Of a stretch of 64,000 bases of DNA, positions 63,860 through 64,000 are shown piece by piece (the stretch's first letter is position 1; each line of letters starts with the position of its first letter). A program made the translations under genes and the position numbers. This DNA is from Terriglobia bacterium (GTDB taxonomy: Bacteria; Acidobacteriota; Terriglobia; JAJPHL01; JAPKYU01): contig CBDBKE010000004.1 in NCBI GenBank assembly GCA_965206645.1, positions 1,952,001 through 2,016,000 on the forward strand, written 5' to 3'. A model generated the notes under the pieces. That model had not been told where the DNA came from. It saw only the letters and a list, made by a program, of their open reading frames with translations, and did no database searches.

Positions 63860-64000
63860 GCAGGAATACATCGCCTTCCTTTGGAAAGCCTTCGAGTCCA
63901 ACTACGCCCATGGCAAGTACCAGCTCGCCTTTCTCGCCTACCACATGCTTACCATGAGCTTCGTCTACTTCAACATCTGGCAGATCAAGACGACAGAGCC
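63860..64000 (+). pseudogene. Internal fragment of a hypothetical gene, 5' end cut by the IS
   Basis: Open frame QEYIAFLWKAFESNYAHGKYQLAFLAYHMLTMSFVYFNIWQIK runs to the window end. Confidence 0.5.

Overview
A GC-rich, heavily decayed accessory island. DUF1501/PSD1 genes and NHL/PPC secreted proteins suggest an Acidobacteriota/PVC-like host (inference). It is saturated with IS elements: IS3 (three types), IS1380, IS30, IS5/IS903-like, IS6, an IS481-like element and four copies of a 131-bp IS6-ended MITE. Almost none has a target-site duplication, which points to repeated IS-mediated deletion and recombination. Cargo includes a type I R-M operon with frameshifted hsdM and hsdR around an intact HEPN-like TIGR02391 gene, and an ICE remnant (coupling-protein tail, VirB11-like ATPase, xis, int) ending at the 5' half of tRNA-Val. 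There is also an intact DUF6932 / XRE-ImmA / Beta / sce7726 cassette, many TA modules, a type I-E CRISPR-Cas locus gutted by IS3, and a secreted-protein cluster. The most unusual signals are: (1) two diverged ~700-bp modules in which an 82-codon gene is preceded by a degenerate antisense mirror of its whole coding sequence, so the unit can fold into one giant hairpin; (2) a C-terminal peptide (GERAPLLEEIRGLL) shared by two unrelated secreted proteins with only synonymous DNA differences; (3) an 8.7-kb IS1380 one-ended transposition unit that splits an IS3 orfA and is flanked by a direct repeat. All calls come from reading motifs by eye; no database searches were run.
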